Below are positions 7,900 through 16,770 of a DNA stretch of 64,000 bases, piece by piece (position 1 is the first letter of the stretch; each line of letters starts with the position of its first letter). The notes under the pieces were generated by a model, which saw nothing but the letters and a program-made list of their open reading frames with translations, was not told where the DNA came from and searched no databases. Location of the stretch: the sequence record OQ603353.1. One strand, given 5' to 3'. The position numbers were made by a program, and so were the translations under genes.

Positions 7900-9843
7900 A
7901 TGGACAGGGAAAAAGAGCACCCATTCGACTATCATCTTCGGATGACGAATCTTGCTGCCAAGAAGGCGCACGAAGCTACGGCCCAAGGGCAGCACAACGA
8001 AGCGCACAAGTGGCATCTGAAAGTCCTGCATCACATAGGCGAAGCGCGCAAGCACAAGCCACCCACCATTCCACCTTCCATTGCCTCCGAGCTCGCTAAA
8101 ATGGCACATAATTCCAAGATGCACACCGCATCTGCGAAGACTTCAACCCTACAGCATGCTCATCGCATCGTTAATGACCATGCTTCGGATATCCACGGTG
8201 GTGATTCGCACAGCGACGTTTCTAAGCGTCGCTTCACTCGTTATCAGCTCCGCGCTGGTGACCTTGAGAACGCTATGCACGAACTCAAGACCGCTGGTTT
8301 CAAGACTGCTACCAACCATGCCCCGAGAGCCAAGCATCACTTGGTAAACGGACGGACGCATGTTCTCATCAGTCATCCTGAAGGCAGGCACGAAACTCAC
8401 ATCGTCAACGTTCAGCACGCAAGTGTTGATTCTTCTGAGAACTCCAACATGGCACTATCTGCGCAGGCACTCGCCAACCTCAAGTCTATGAATGAAACTG
8501 CCCGTGAGGATCATGAAGATCATGAGCCCTACGGCATGGAGAACAAGCCCCGTCCTAAGAAGACTACTGCAACCACGGAATCTCCTGCCGAACTCGCGGC
8601 GTATGGCACCTATCGGGGTTATCACCCGCATCGCGCCCTACATGACGAAGCGCGCCATCTGTTGGAATCCCGAGGCCACCACGCTAGTCATAGCTCTGAC
8701 CGCCTAGGTGCTCTCTCCGGGGTTAGGGGCATGCGTGTTCAACATCAAGTTGGCAGTACCGCAACTAAACTGCCCCGCCCCGAACAGCACGCCGAGCACA
8801 TGGCTGCCACGCAAGAACTCCACAAGCTTGTTCAGAAGCATGGCTTCCAGCATACCTCTGGCGGTACATATCATCATCCTGAGACGGGCGCAAAGGTTCA
8901 TATCCATACCCCTCATGTAGGCAAGACGGGTGATAGTTATCTGGATCACTTCGATAATCATACCAATATGAGCATCACCCACAGCCTGAGTAAGCGAAAG
9001 GCTACGGCGGGTATGGAAGAAGAAGTCGCCCTGTTCAGCAAGGGTCCGAAGTTCGGCAAGAACTGGAAGGATCATGAGAGCGTGGACGATCACAACCATC
9101 ACATGCGCCATGCAGGTAAGCATCTTGCGGAGTACAACAAGTACGCTGCCAAGGTGAACGAAGCACGCGCCGCTGGTCGGGGCGACGAGGCTAACAAGTT
9201 GGCAGAGCGTGCTCAGCGCCACCTCGGGTGGAATCGCAACCACCTCGCACGCGCTCGCAAAATCTACCACAAGTCGATGGCCGCATTTGAGGCGGAAATT
9301 GCTTCCCTGACTGTTGAAGCAGCCACTGGTTCTCAAAAGGCAGCAGACGCACGCGCTGACGCACGTAGGATGGAAAAGTTCCACGGGTATCACCGCCGCG
9401 CCAACGACGCTCACTCCAAGCTTGGTCTTCCGGGTGATCACGCCCACGCTCACCGTAGTGCTTCCAAGGACTACGGTACTGCCTTGCTGAATCATGTTGG
9501 TGTGCACGCCCCCGGCACCATTGATAGTAGTCCGGGAGAACACAAGGTAGGTACCCATCGTCACATCAAGGGCTCCTCTGCTTCGCACATCAGCCTGCAC
9601 TCTGTCCATAACAAGTTGACGGACCTAGGCTACGAGCACAAGGGCAAGGTAAATCATGATGACAAGGAACTGGAACATCATGAGTACCACCACCCGGAGC
9701 ACAAGTTCACGGTGTCCCTGTATAAGCGTTCTACGCACGACGGCGGCAAGGCGCATCACAGTGTTGGCGCTATCGTACACCATGCACCTAATGGATACGA
9801 ACACCATGCCAAGGGCCTGACTGCTACTAAGCCCACCACGTAA
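7900..9843 (+). CDS. Very His-rich modular protein, probable internal head protein
   Basis: About 85 His in 647 aa by hand count; His-rich blocks separated by acidic/Ala linkers. Confidence 0.75.
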   Translation: MDREKEHPFDYHLRMTNLAAKKAHEATAQGQHNEAHKWHLKVLHHIGEARKHKPPTIPPSIASELAKMAHNSKMHTASAKTSTLQHAHRIVNDHASDIHGGDSHSDVSKRRFTRYQLRAGDLENAMHELKTAGFKTATNHAPRAKHHLVNGRTHVLISHPEGRHETHIVNVQHASVDSSENSNMALSAQALANLKSMNETAREDHEDHEPYGMENKPRPKKTTATTESPAELAAYGTYRGYHPHRALHDEARHLLESRGHHASHSSDRLGALSGVRGMRVQHQVGSTATKLPRPEQHAEHMAATQELHKLVQKHGFQHTSGGTYHHPETGAKVHIHTPHVGKTGDSYLDHFDNHTNMSITHSLSKRKATAGMEEEVALFSKGPKFGKNWKDHESVDDHNHHMRHAGKHLAEYNKYAAKVNEARAAGRGDEANKLAERAQRHLGWNRNHLARARKIYHKSMAAFEAEIASLTVEAATGSQKAADARADARRMEKFHGYHRRANDAHSKLGLPGDHAHAHRSASKDYGTALLNHVGVHAPGTIDSSPGEHKVGTHRHIKGSSASHISLHSVHNKLTDLGYEHKGKVNHDDKELEHHEYHHPEHKFTVSLYKRSTHDGGKAHHSVGAIVHHAPNGYEHHAKGLTATKPTT

Positions 9844-10682
9844 TGATCGGTGAACGTCTCGCGTACCCAACTGGATATGGTTTCCAGTTGGGTATTCGCA
9901 CAAGTGAACGTACCATGTGGTCAGATGACGGGCGCACTGTTCCTCTGGATCATAAGCCGCAGGTAGTTGCCAATCCTATCAACTGCCCGCATCCAATCCC
10001 CGAGGATCAATTGATCCCTGCTGATTGGCGCAATCTGCTCACGGCCAAGCTTCGGTGTCCTGCTTTTGGTACGCAACTTCTGTACGGCATGTGGGCGACC
10101 ATCGCTCACCTGAGCAACTTCAAAGCTGCACAGACGCCGTTGATCGAAATCACGGATGATCTACCTGCGCATAACCTTGGCAACTTCAACATTGTCCACG
10201 GTCGGCCTCGCATACAGGTAGCCAAGTCGCGCATCTACACTTACGCGGCGCTGGCGTCGATTATCGCTCACGAAACTGCGCACCAAATTCAACGCACCGT
10301 GTTCAACTCTTCGGAAGAGTCCCACGGCGAACTGTTCGACAAGATTTGTAGGGAGATTACCTCCCGGACTGGCATTGCGATCCATCGTAGTGTCGATTTT
10401 GTTGGGGACAGGTCATTCGCTGTTAGCGATCCCCTGCCTAGCAAGTACCCCATTTACTACATCATCGCTGATGGGCGGGTATCGTACACGGATAGTCATA
10501 GTGAAGTGACGGAAATAATCACTGCTCCTGACGCTATTGATGCAGACCTCCAAGTCTACAAGAGCCACGACATTAGCTTGATTGACTGGCTCCGTCCTGA
10601 AACTGACCTGAAACGATTTACCCGAGTTCGCCCGGACGTGCTAAAGGTCATCGCACACAGAGGCACACGCATTTACCCATGA
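9843..10682 (+). CDS. SprT-family zinc metalloprotease
   Basis: IIAHETAHQ (HExxH) followed by SHGELFDKICREI, the SprT HG..F motif. TAATG overlap with the upstream gene. Confidence 0.75.
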   Translation: MIGERLAYPTGYGFQLGIRTSERTMWSDDGRTVPLDHKPQVVANPINCPHPIPEDQLIPADWRNLLTAKLRCPAFGTQLLYGMWATIAHLSNFKAAQTPLIEITDDLPAHNLGNFNIVHGRPRIQVAKSRIYTYAALASIIAHETAHQIQRTVFNSSEESHGELFDKICREITSRTGIAIHRSVDFVGDRSFAVSDPLPSKYPIYYIIADGRVSYTDSHSEVTEIITAPDAIDADLQVYKSHDISLIDWLRPETDLKRFTRVRPDVLKVIAHRGTRIYP

Positions 10683-12685
10683 GCAACATTCACGATTTCA
10701 TCAAGACCCAGCTGCTGGCTGCTGCCCATTTCCAAGAAACGCTGGATGCGGGTGGCAAGAAGTGGCTCAAGAGTGGTGGTATCGCCGACGGTCGGAAGTT
10801 CCTAGAGGAACGCAAGTTCCCTAAATCGGTCATCAAGGCATACGATACTGCCATGAAGAACGTCCTTGCAGGTAAGGACTTTGAGGAAGACGTTGATCCG
10901 CATTTGCAGGAAGTACAGAATGCAGTGAAGGAGCGTCTGCCCAAGCTGACCAAGGACACTTCTATTCCGATCGCAGACATCAAGACTCTGAAAGACGTGA
11001 GTCTGATCCTGCGCACTGAATCGGACTCTGCATGGGCACGTGTCGAGAAGGACATTGGCCGACTGCGTGACGAAGACCTCAACCGCATCATCGCTCCTGC
11101 TGTGGAATCCTCCAGCAAGTACGTCAAAGACCTCAAGGCAGCGTTCAAGAAACTGACGGGCAAAGATGGTACTGACTTCCGTGACCTAGAAGAACTGGCT
11201 GATCTTGATACTGATGAGTATCGGGAAGCAGTCAAGAAGATCATGGGCAAGAAGCCGGCTGCTGCTAAGGAATTCACCAAGGCACGCAGCGAGTACACCA
11301 AGGCCAGCAAGAAGGCCCACATGGCTCATGTACGTGCTTCCGGCAGTCACCTGATGGACGTGGAGACGGCCAAGAAACACCTTGAGTCTAAGGGCTTCCG
11401 TCACTCCATCCCTGAAGGCTTCAAGGGCAAGCTTGATGAAAACGGACGTATCCACACTGAGCATGGTGAACCCATCGCCGGTGGTATCTCCGGCACCGTC
11501 AAGATGAATCCGAAGTACGAGAAGGGTTCTAGCGTCAATGTCCTGACCTACTATCCTCCGGGTGCGAAGACGCCGCAGTACCTGTTCACCGCAGGTGCCA
11601 AGGCTAACGCCATCCAGAAGAAGAGTCAGAAGGTTGACGAACTGTCCGACAAGATTGGTGACCTGCGTAAGAAGTGGGGCGCTGACCTGAACAGTAAGGA
11701 TCCGAGCACTCGCATTGCTGCTGCCATTCTCGAAGCCTGCTACCACACGTCTGCACGTATCGGTAATCTGAGCAACAAGAATGATGGCATGACGACCTTG
11801 AAGGGTAGGAATGTCAAGGTCAACGGGGATACGGTCACCTTCAGCTACACTGGCAAATCGGACCAGCAGCAGAAGCACGTCATGAAGGGCGACGATCCCA
11901 TTTCCAAGAAGGCTGTGGAAATCATCAAGGCCCTCAAGGAAAACGCGAAGCCTGACGACCTGCTTTTCCGCAACAAGAATCGCCGCGTCGGTAGCCGTCA
12001 GGTCAACGATTACTTCACCTCCCTCGGTTCCCCCACCACGGTGCACAAGATGCGCCACGTTCGCGGCAACGCGATCATGAAGGAAGAACTGAAGAAGAAG
12101 CCGAAGACTGACGACGACAAGAAGATCACGGCCTTCCTGACTGCGGCTCTGGCCAAGGTTGGTGAGCAGCTGGGTCACTTCAACAAGGGCGAGGTCACCT
12201 TCGCCACTGCCCTGCAATCCTACGTCTCTCCGTCAATCGTTGAGAAGTATTATGACAGCTACAACATTCGTCCGCCCGCACGCATTCAGAAGGTTATTGA
12301 CCAAGCCAAGAAGGACAATGGTGAACCGACTACTAAGTTGCAGGACTTGCCGCATCACGGCGACGTGGCGGAAAAGCCTAAGGTACCTCGGGCGGTTAAG
12401 CGTGTAGCAAAGGAAGAAAAGGAAGCACCGAAGCCGCGTGTAGTGAAAAAGGTGGAGAAGCCTGCACCGAAGCCGCTGCGTCAAGTCAAGAAGGTGGAGA
12501 AGCCTGAACCCAAGGAACGCAAGCCCACACGCACGGTCAAGCACATTGAGCTGGGTCCCCTGTCTGCACAGCCTGTGAAGACGCCAGCTTGGTTCCAGAA
12601 GTTGAGCGGTAACGCACAGCGGACTTACATCAAGGAAAATCCGCACACCAAGTTGAAGCCCACCAAGCTGCCGGGCTCGAAGTAA
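10679..12685 (+). CDS. DNA topoisomerase IB with long N-terminal and Lys/Pro-rich C-terminal extensions
   Basis: Catalytic pentad in order: SARIGN (R), YTGKS (K), HKMRH (R), LGH (H), QSYVSP (Y). ATGA overlap with the SprT gene. Confidence 0.8.
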   Translation: MSNIHDFIKTQLLAAAHFQETLDAGGKKWLKSGGIADGRKFLEERKFPKSVIKAYDTAMKNVLAGKDFEEDVDPHLQEVQNAVKERLPKLTKDTSIPIADIKTLKDVSLILRTESDSAWARVEKDIGRLRDEDLNRIIAPAVESSSKYVKDLKAAFKKLTGKDGTDFRDLEELADLDTDEYREAVKKIMGKKPAAAKEFTKARSEYTKASKKAHMAHVRASGSHLMDVETAKKHLESKGFRHSIPEGFKGKLDENGRIHTEHGEPIAGGISGTVKMNPKYEKGSSVNVLTYYPPGAKTPQYLFTAGAKANAIQKKSQKVDELSDKIGDLRKKWGADLNSKDPSTRIAAAILEACYHTSARIGNLSNKNDGMTTLKGRNVKVNGDTVTFSYTGKSDQQQKHVMKGDDPISKKAVEIIKALKENAKPDDLLFRNKNRRVGSRQVNDYFTSLGSPTTVHKMRHVRGNAIMKEELKKKPKTDDDKKITAFLTAALAKVGEQLGHFNKGEVTFATALQSYVSPSIVEKYYDSYNIRPPARIQKVIDQAKKDNGEPTTKLQDLPHHGDVAEKPKVPRAVKRVAKEEKEAPKPRVVKKVEKPAPKPLRQVKKVEKPEPKERKPTRTVKHIELGPLSAQPVKTPAWFQKLSGNAQRTYIKENPHTKLKPTKLPGSK

Positions 12686-12692
12686 GTAATAC

Positions 12693-12730
12693 CCCACCGA
12701 CTAACCCTCGGTGGGTTCTGTCTTTGCTTT
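12693..12730 (+). terminator. Intrinsic terminator
   Basis: CCCACCGA/TCGGTGGG 8-bp stem followed by TTCTGTCTTTGCTTT. Confidence 0.7.
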
Positions 12731-12745
12731 GTAGGAGAATCAACA

Positions 12746-13705
12746 ATGCCTGTTCGTATGCTGCAAGGTATCGCCAAGAAAGCGGGTACCACGCACGACC
12801 ACGCAGAGAAGATTTGGGACGATAGCAAGAAAATCGTTGATAAGAAGTTCTCGGAAGATGACCCGAGCTACTACCCATACCTGACAGGGATCGTCAAACG
12901 TCGCCTAGGCTTGTCGAAAGGTGAGAAGGCGATGTTCGACTCCCAAGACTCTACTAACGAGGAAGCTGACGTGGAAGAAACCGCAAAGAAGAATTGGAGT
13001 CAGGAAGTAACGGACAACGAAAAGTTCCATCCAAAGGAAGGTATCTTCAAGCAGAGCTCGGAGAAGATCGCCAAGTATCTGCTTAGTAAGGGTAAAGGAA
13101 AGGCCATGAGCCGCCTCACCTTCTACATCAACCGGGCTGGCAAGTCGCTGAGTCCCGAAGATCGTAATCGTCTTGAGCGTGCCAAGAAGATTATCTCCAA
13201 TGCTACTGGCAAGGAAACGGCCAAGGCGCACGACTATACCCCGCAGTACAAGACGCCTGAACAAATCGACAAGGGCCTGCGTATTACGGACAAGTTCTTC
13301 CGCACCATCTACTTCCCCAAGCTGGATAGCGACGGCAAGATCGTTGGCTACGATGAAGAACAAGTCAGTTCGGTGGACTTCGTGTTCCTGCAATCTGATC
13401 CCGACACTGATCCTGTGTGGACTGATCCCCACACCAGTGCGGTTGTCAAGGCGAGCACCCTGCATCACTACATGGTTCACCACGCAACCCCTAACGCACA
13501 GCGCCGTCGTCGGAACCTGCTGCAAGCTTACGCATCGGCAACCAACTTCAATGGCCCGATCATGAGCAACGGTTCTGTCACCGCTGAGTTCATGTGTCAC
13601 ATGCACGGCCATAGCAGCATTGCTATGGCCGAAGTAAGCCGCTCCTTTGAGTACCACAACCGAGTTCATGCTGGCGTGGATGACGATCTGATTGCCTCCA
13701 GCTGA
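12746..13705 (+). CDS. Modular protein containing a DUF3175-like domain, probable head protein
   Basis: KNWSQEVT...EGIF...KIA...AMSRLTFYINRAGKSL...LERAK resembles DUF3175 as I recall it. SD GGAG upstream. Confidence 0.65.
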   Translation: MPVRMLQGIAKKAGTTHDHAEKIWDDSKKIVDKKFSEDDPSYYPYLTGIVKRRLGLSKGEKAMFDSQDSTNEEADVEETAKKNWSQEVTDNEKFHPKEGIFKQSSEKIAKYLLSKGKGKAMSRLTFYINRAGKSLSPEDRNRLERAKKIISNATGKETAKAHDYTPQYKTPEQIDKGLRITDKFFRTIYFPKLDSDGKIVGYDEEQVSSVDFVFLQSDPDTDPVWTDPHTSAVVKASTLHHYMVHHATPNAQRRRRNLLQAYASATNFNGPIMSNGSVTAEFMCHMHGHSSIAMAEVSRSFEYHNRVHAGVDDDLIASS

Positions 13706-13762
13706 TACGGATGAATCCTCATAGTAGGGAGTGGCCAACCTAACTTTTTAATGAGGAGACCG

Positions 13763-14137
13763 ATGTTCGACCTGTCCATGATCGAAACGCTGAACAACTT
13801 CCTTGAGACGCCGACCGCTGCGCGCGCAATCGCCTTCGGTATGCTTATCTCTTGGGGTGGTACGCAACTCGTCAAGTTCAATCCGCTGGTTCGGAAGCTG
13901 CTGAATCATCTGCCGCCCGAAATGGGCCGGACGGTTGTGCAAGCAATCGCTTTCCTGCTGGCATTCATTCCTACGTTCCTGCTGTGGCCGGGTATGGGTA
14001 CGGTCAAGGTACTGGGTAGCATTGTTGTAGGCACGTGGTCCCCCAAGGCGTATCAAAAGGCGACGGTGGTTCTCTACCACTTCTTCCCTTACCTTGAGCC
14101 CAAGCTGAGTGCCACCCCTGTTCCGAAGGAGAAGTAA
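13763..14137 (+). CDS. Small multi-pass membrane protein, possible holin
   Basis: GAGGAG at 13753-13758 favours ATG 13763; two to three hydrophobic segments. Confidence 0.5.
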   Translation: MFDLSMIETLNNFLETPTAARAIAFGMLISWGGTQLVKFNPLVRKLLNHLPPEMGRTVVQAIAFLLAFIPTFLLWPGMGTVKVLGSIVVGTWSPKAYQKATVVLYHFFPYLEPKLSATPVPKEK

Positions 14138-14202
14138 TCCTACTTGGAAGGTAGGAGTAGCAACAACATGGATGTTCCACCTACTACTAATGGAGATTCG
14201 CC

Positions 14203-14457
14203 ATGTATAGCATCACCAATCTCGGCTTTGAACGTCTCGTTGTTGGCAGCCTGGGTTTCGAGCCGCAGGTTGCCCACCCGATCAGTGATCTGGACTTCGC
14301 CCGCCTGTCGGTAGAGGAAAAGTCCCTGATTAACGCCAAGGTTGCCGAGGGCACCTTCTCCGTGGTGCACACCGCTGAAAAGCAGCTGGTCTTCTCTCCG
14401 GCTCCCCTCTCGGCTGGCCTCGGTCCCATCGTTGCTGCGGAAAATCCGCAGGGCTGA
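14203..14457 (+). CDS. Small hypothetical virion protein, paralogous to the N-terminus of the next gene
   Basis: SD GGAG; shares MY.[IF]TN.....[LM].[VF]G.L.[FL].P with 14481. Confidence 0.65.
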   Translation: MYSITNLGFERLVVGSLGFEPQVAHPISDLDFARLSVEEKSLINAKVAEGTFSVVHTAEKQLVFSPAPLSAGLGPIVAAENPQG

Positions 14458-14480
14458 TCCACACTTAGAGGTTCTCCAGT

Positions 14481-15278
14481 ATGTATGTGTTTACCAACAC
14501 CTCAGCTAATCAGATGACGTTCGGCGACCTGACGCTGGCCCCGAACGCCACCACTGAATTCCCTGACGATCGGGTGGCTGCCCTGAGCACCCACAACCTG
14601 AAAGCGCTCAACGATTTTGCCAACGGCAATCCGCTGATCCTGAAGGTCGAGTATCAGGCTTCGGTTCCGCCGGTCACCATCGGTCCTGTATCCGCCGCTC
14701 CTGCCATTTCTACTCCGTTCGGTAACAAACTGATGCAGGCTGCTGATGCAGATGCTGCTAAGGAACTGCTCGGGGAAGGTCAAGGTAGTGGCTATACGTT
14801 GCCTGTCGCTACGGGCTCGGTCCTTGGTGGCGTCAAGATCGGTGCGGGCCTTAGTGCTACCGCCGATGGCACCCTGAGTCGCAGCGCCCTTGTTGCCGGA
14901 GACATTCCAGATTTGGACGCCGCCAAGATCGCCTCCGGCACTCTGGCGGTTGCGCGTTTGGGTACTGGCACTCCAAGTGCTGCTAACGTGCTTTTGGGTT
15001 CGGGCGCTTTTGGCGTACCTCCGACTGCTACTAAGGCAACCGCTCTGGCTACGGGCCGTACCTTCACTCTGAGTGGCGGGGCTTCCGGTACCACCGCCTC
15101 TCCGTTCGATGGCTCTGCTAACGCCACCCTCAACGTTACGCTGGCTACTCCGACAAGTGCTCTCCGTGGCGGTGTCCTCCAGCAGGCCGCCATTGCTGAC
15201 TTGACCGCCGCTCCTACCCAGCAGGATTTCAACGCCCTGCTGGCAGCCCTGCGTGCAGCCTCGGTAATCGCTTCCTGA
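14481..15278 (+). CDS. Head fibre / capsid decoration protein
   Basis: YTLPVAT..VLGGVKIGAGL...DGTLS repeat, and a C-terminus AAIADLTAAPTQQDFNALLAALRAASVIAS typical of phage head-fibre proteins. Confidence 0.7.
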   Translation: MYVFTNTSANQMTFGDLTLAPNATTEFPDDRVAALSTHNLKALNDFANGNPLILKVEYQASVPPVTIGPVSAAPAISTPFGNKLMQAADADAAKELLGEGQGSGYTLPVATGSVLGGVKIGAGLSATADGTLSRSALVAGDIPDLDAAKIASGTLAVARLGTGTPSAANVLLGSGAFGVPPTATKATALATGRTFTLSGGASGTTASPFDGSANATLNVTLATPTSALRGGVLQQAAIADLTAAPTQQDFNALLAALRAASVIAS

Positions 15279-15286
15279 CAACAACC

Positions 15287-15302
15287 GGGCCAAGGACGGC
15301 CC
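15287..15302 (+). promoter_or_regulatory. Hairpin GGGCC-AAGGAC-GGCCC (CsrA/RsmA-type loop)
   Basis: The 14-mer GGCCAAGGACGGCC recurs identically at 26171-26184; both copies follow a stop codon. Confidence 0.5.
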
Positions 15303-15364
15303 ACTAGTCGGGTAAACCTTTCAAATTAGCCGGGTAAGGGTGCCTCAAATACGGTACTTGGCAG

Positions 15365-15373
15365 CTAATTTTA
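15365..15373 (+). promoter_or_regulatory. Candidate late-promoter element CTAATTTTA
   Basis: Intergenic, ~37 nt upstream of the 15410 start. Confidence 0.5.
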
Positions 15374-15409
15374 CTGTGAAGGCGAGGGCTATTCCTCCGT
15401 GCTTTTCAG

Positions 15410-16756
15410 GTGCAGGGATTCACCACTTCCTATGGCCTCAACTCAATGTCAGCCTTTCCTAATGTAATCAATGACGCTGTTGTCGGACAACAAGTCGTAG
15501 CCAACGCGAGCTTCTTCATTGCTCCTAACACGGATACGACCGGATTGATTGCCCGGTACAGTATCGTAGACGCAGACGATGCGGAGTGGACTTCCGGCAT
15601 CGCCACAAACATTGTGGTGTCGCCTCTAGGTTCGCGCTCCAAGGTGAATGCCTCGGCTTCGGTCGATATTCCCTACACGCTACCTGTCGAGTTCTACGGT
15701 ACCAAGTATCAACTGGCGTGGACCCTTGAAACTCAAGATGGTACATTCGTTTCCAGTTATATCGAGTCGTTCAACGTCAAGCCTGTCATGCAGGGTGGCG
15801 TGTTCGGCGTACCGGACATCGTAGAAGCAGCAACAGACAAAACGATTCTCAAAGCGGTACTGCCTTCCAACGATCAAGTGGAAGTGCTGGTGTTCAAGGG
15901 CAACGCCTGCCTTAACAACGGCAGCCCTGTCATCCTGCAACCGGGTGACAAGGTATTCAACGGTACGCAGTATCTGGGTAGTTTCAACCATGCTACCCTG
16001 CGTAACCCCGGAGCGTCCCCTCCCCCGAATTCTGCGTTGGGGATCAACCAGCCGTCCCCTGCTCTCATACAAGCGATGGCAGCAGCGCGCGGCTTGAACC
16101 CCGCCGACATTACAGCCAGCAATGAATCGCTGACTCCTTCACTTGAGCCCTATAACTTGTGGTGGCAATACAAGGATGAGGATTCGGGTGAGGTAGTTGT
16201 CGAGGATAGCTATCTGTATCATGTGACTCCAATGATCCTACAGGCAGGACGGGAGCTACAACAGTTTGTGAACCGCGCTAACAACGAAGGCCGGTTGCAG
16301 GAACTGACCATCGACCTGAACGTAATCATTCACTTCCTGAAGCAAGGCGGCGACTACTTCAACAGTGTCGGTATGCCAACCTTCTTTGACTTCACCTGTG
16401 CTAATGGACCCTTCCGTCAATTCTGGGTCATGTGCAGTGCAGTGCGTCTCCTCCGTAGTCAGTACCTTCTGGAGGCCGAACGTAGTATGGTGATGCAGGG
16501 CCAGAGCGTTACACTGGACATTGACATTACTGCGTACTACGAAACTGCGGCATCGGATGCCCAAGCATTCGTTGACCAATACTTGCCGGAGTTCAAGCAG
16601 AATATCACACGCAAGGGTCTGCTGACCGGCGACGGTGACTACGGCAACGGCGGCATCATTTCGAGGAACGTGGGTGCTATGGGCATTCAGTTGTCCGCGA
16701 CCACCAACCTGTTCTTCGGTTGGCGTAATCAGTACGCACGCCGTGGCCTGTTCTAA
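15410..16756 (+). CDS. Probable virion neck/head-completion protein
   Basis: 448-aa ORF. The C-terminal GQSVTLDIDITAYY segment resembles large-phage neck/adaptor proteins from memory; structural context. Confidence 0.5.
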   Translation: MQGFTTSYGLNSMSAFPNVINDAVVGQQVVANASFFIAPNTDTTGLIARYSIVDADDAEWTSGIATNIVVSPLGSRSKVNASASVDIPYTLPVEFYGTKYQLAWTLETQDGTFVSSYIESFNVKPVMQGGVFGVPDIVEAATDKTILKAVLPSNDQVEVLVFKGNACLNNGSPVILQPGDKVFNGTQYLGSFNHATLRNPGASPPPNSALGINQPSPALIQAMAAARGLNPADITASNESLTPSLEPYNLWWQYKDEDSGEVVVEDSYLYHVTPMILQAGRELQQFVNRANNEGRLQELTIDLNVIIHFLKQGGDYFNSVGMPTFFDFTCANGPFRQFWVMCSAVRLLRSQYLLEAERSMVMQGQSVTLDIDITAYYETAASDAQAFVDQYLPEFKQNITRKGLLTGDGDYGNGGIISRNVGAMGIQLSATTNLFFGWRNQYARRGLF

Positions 16757-16770
16757 GGGAAGGGACGATA

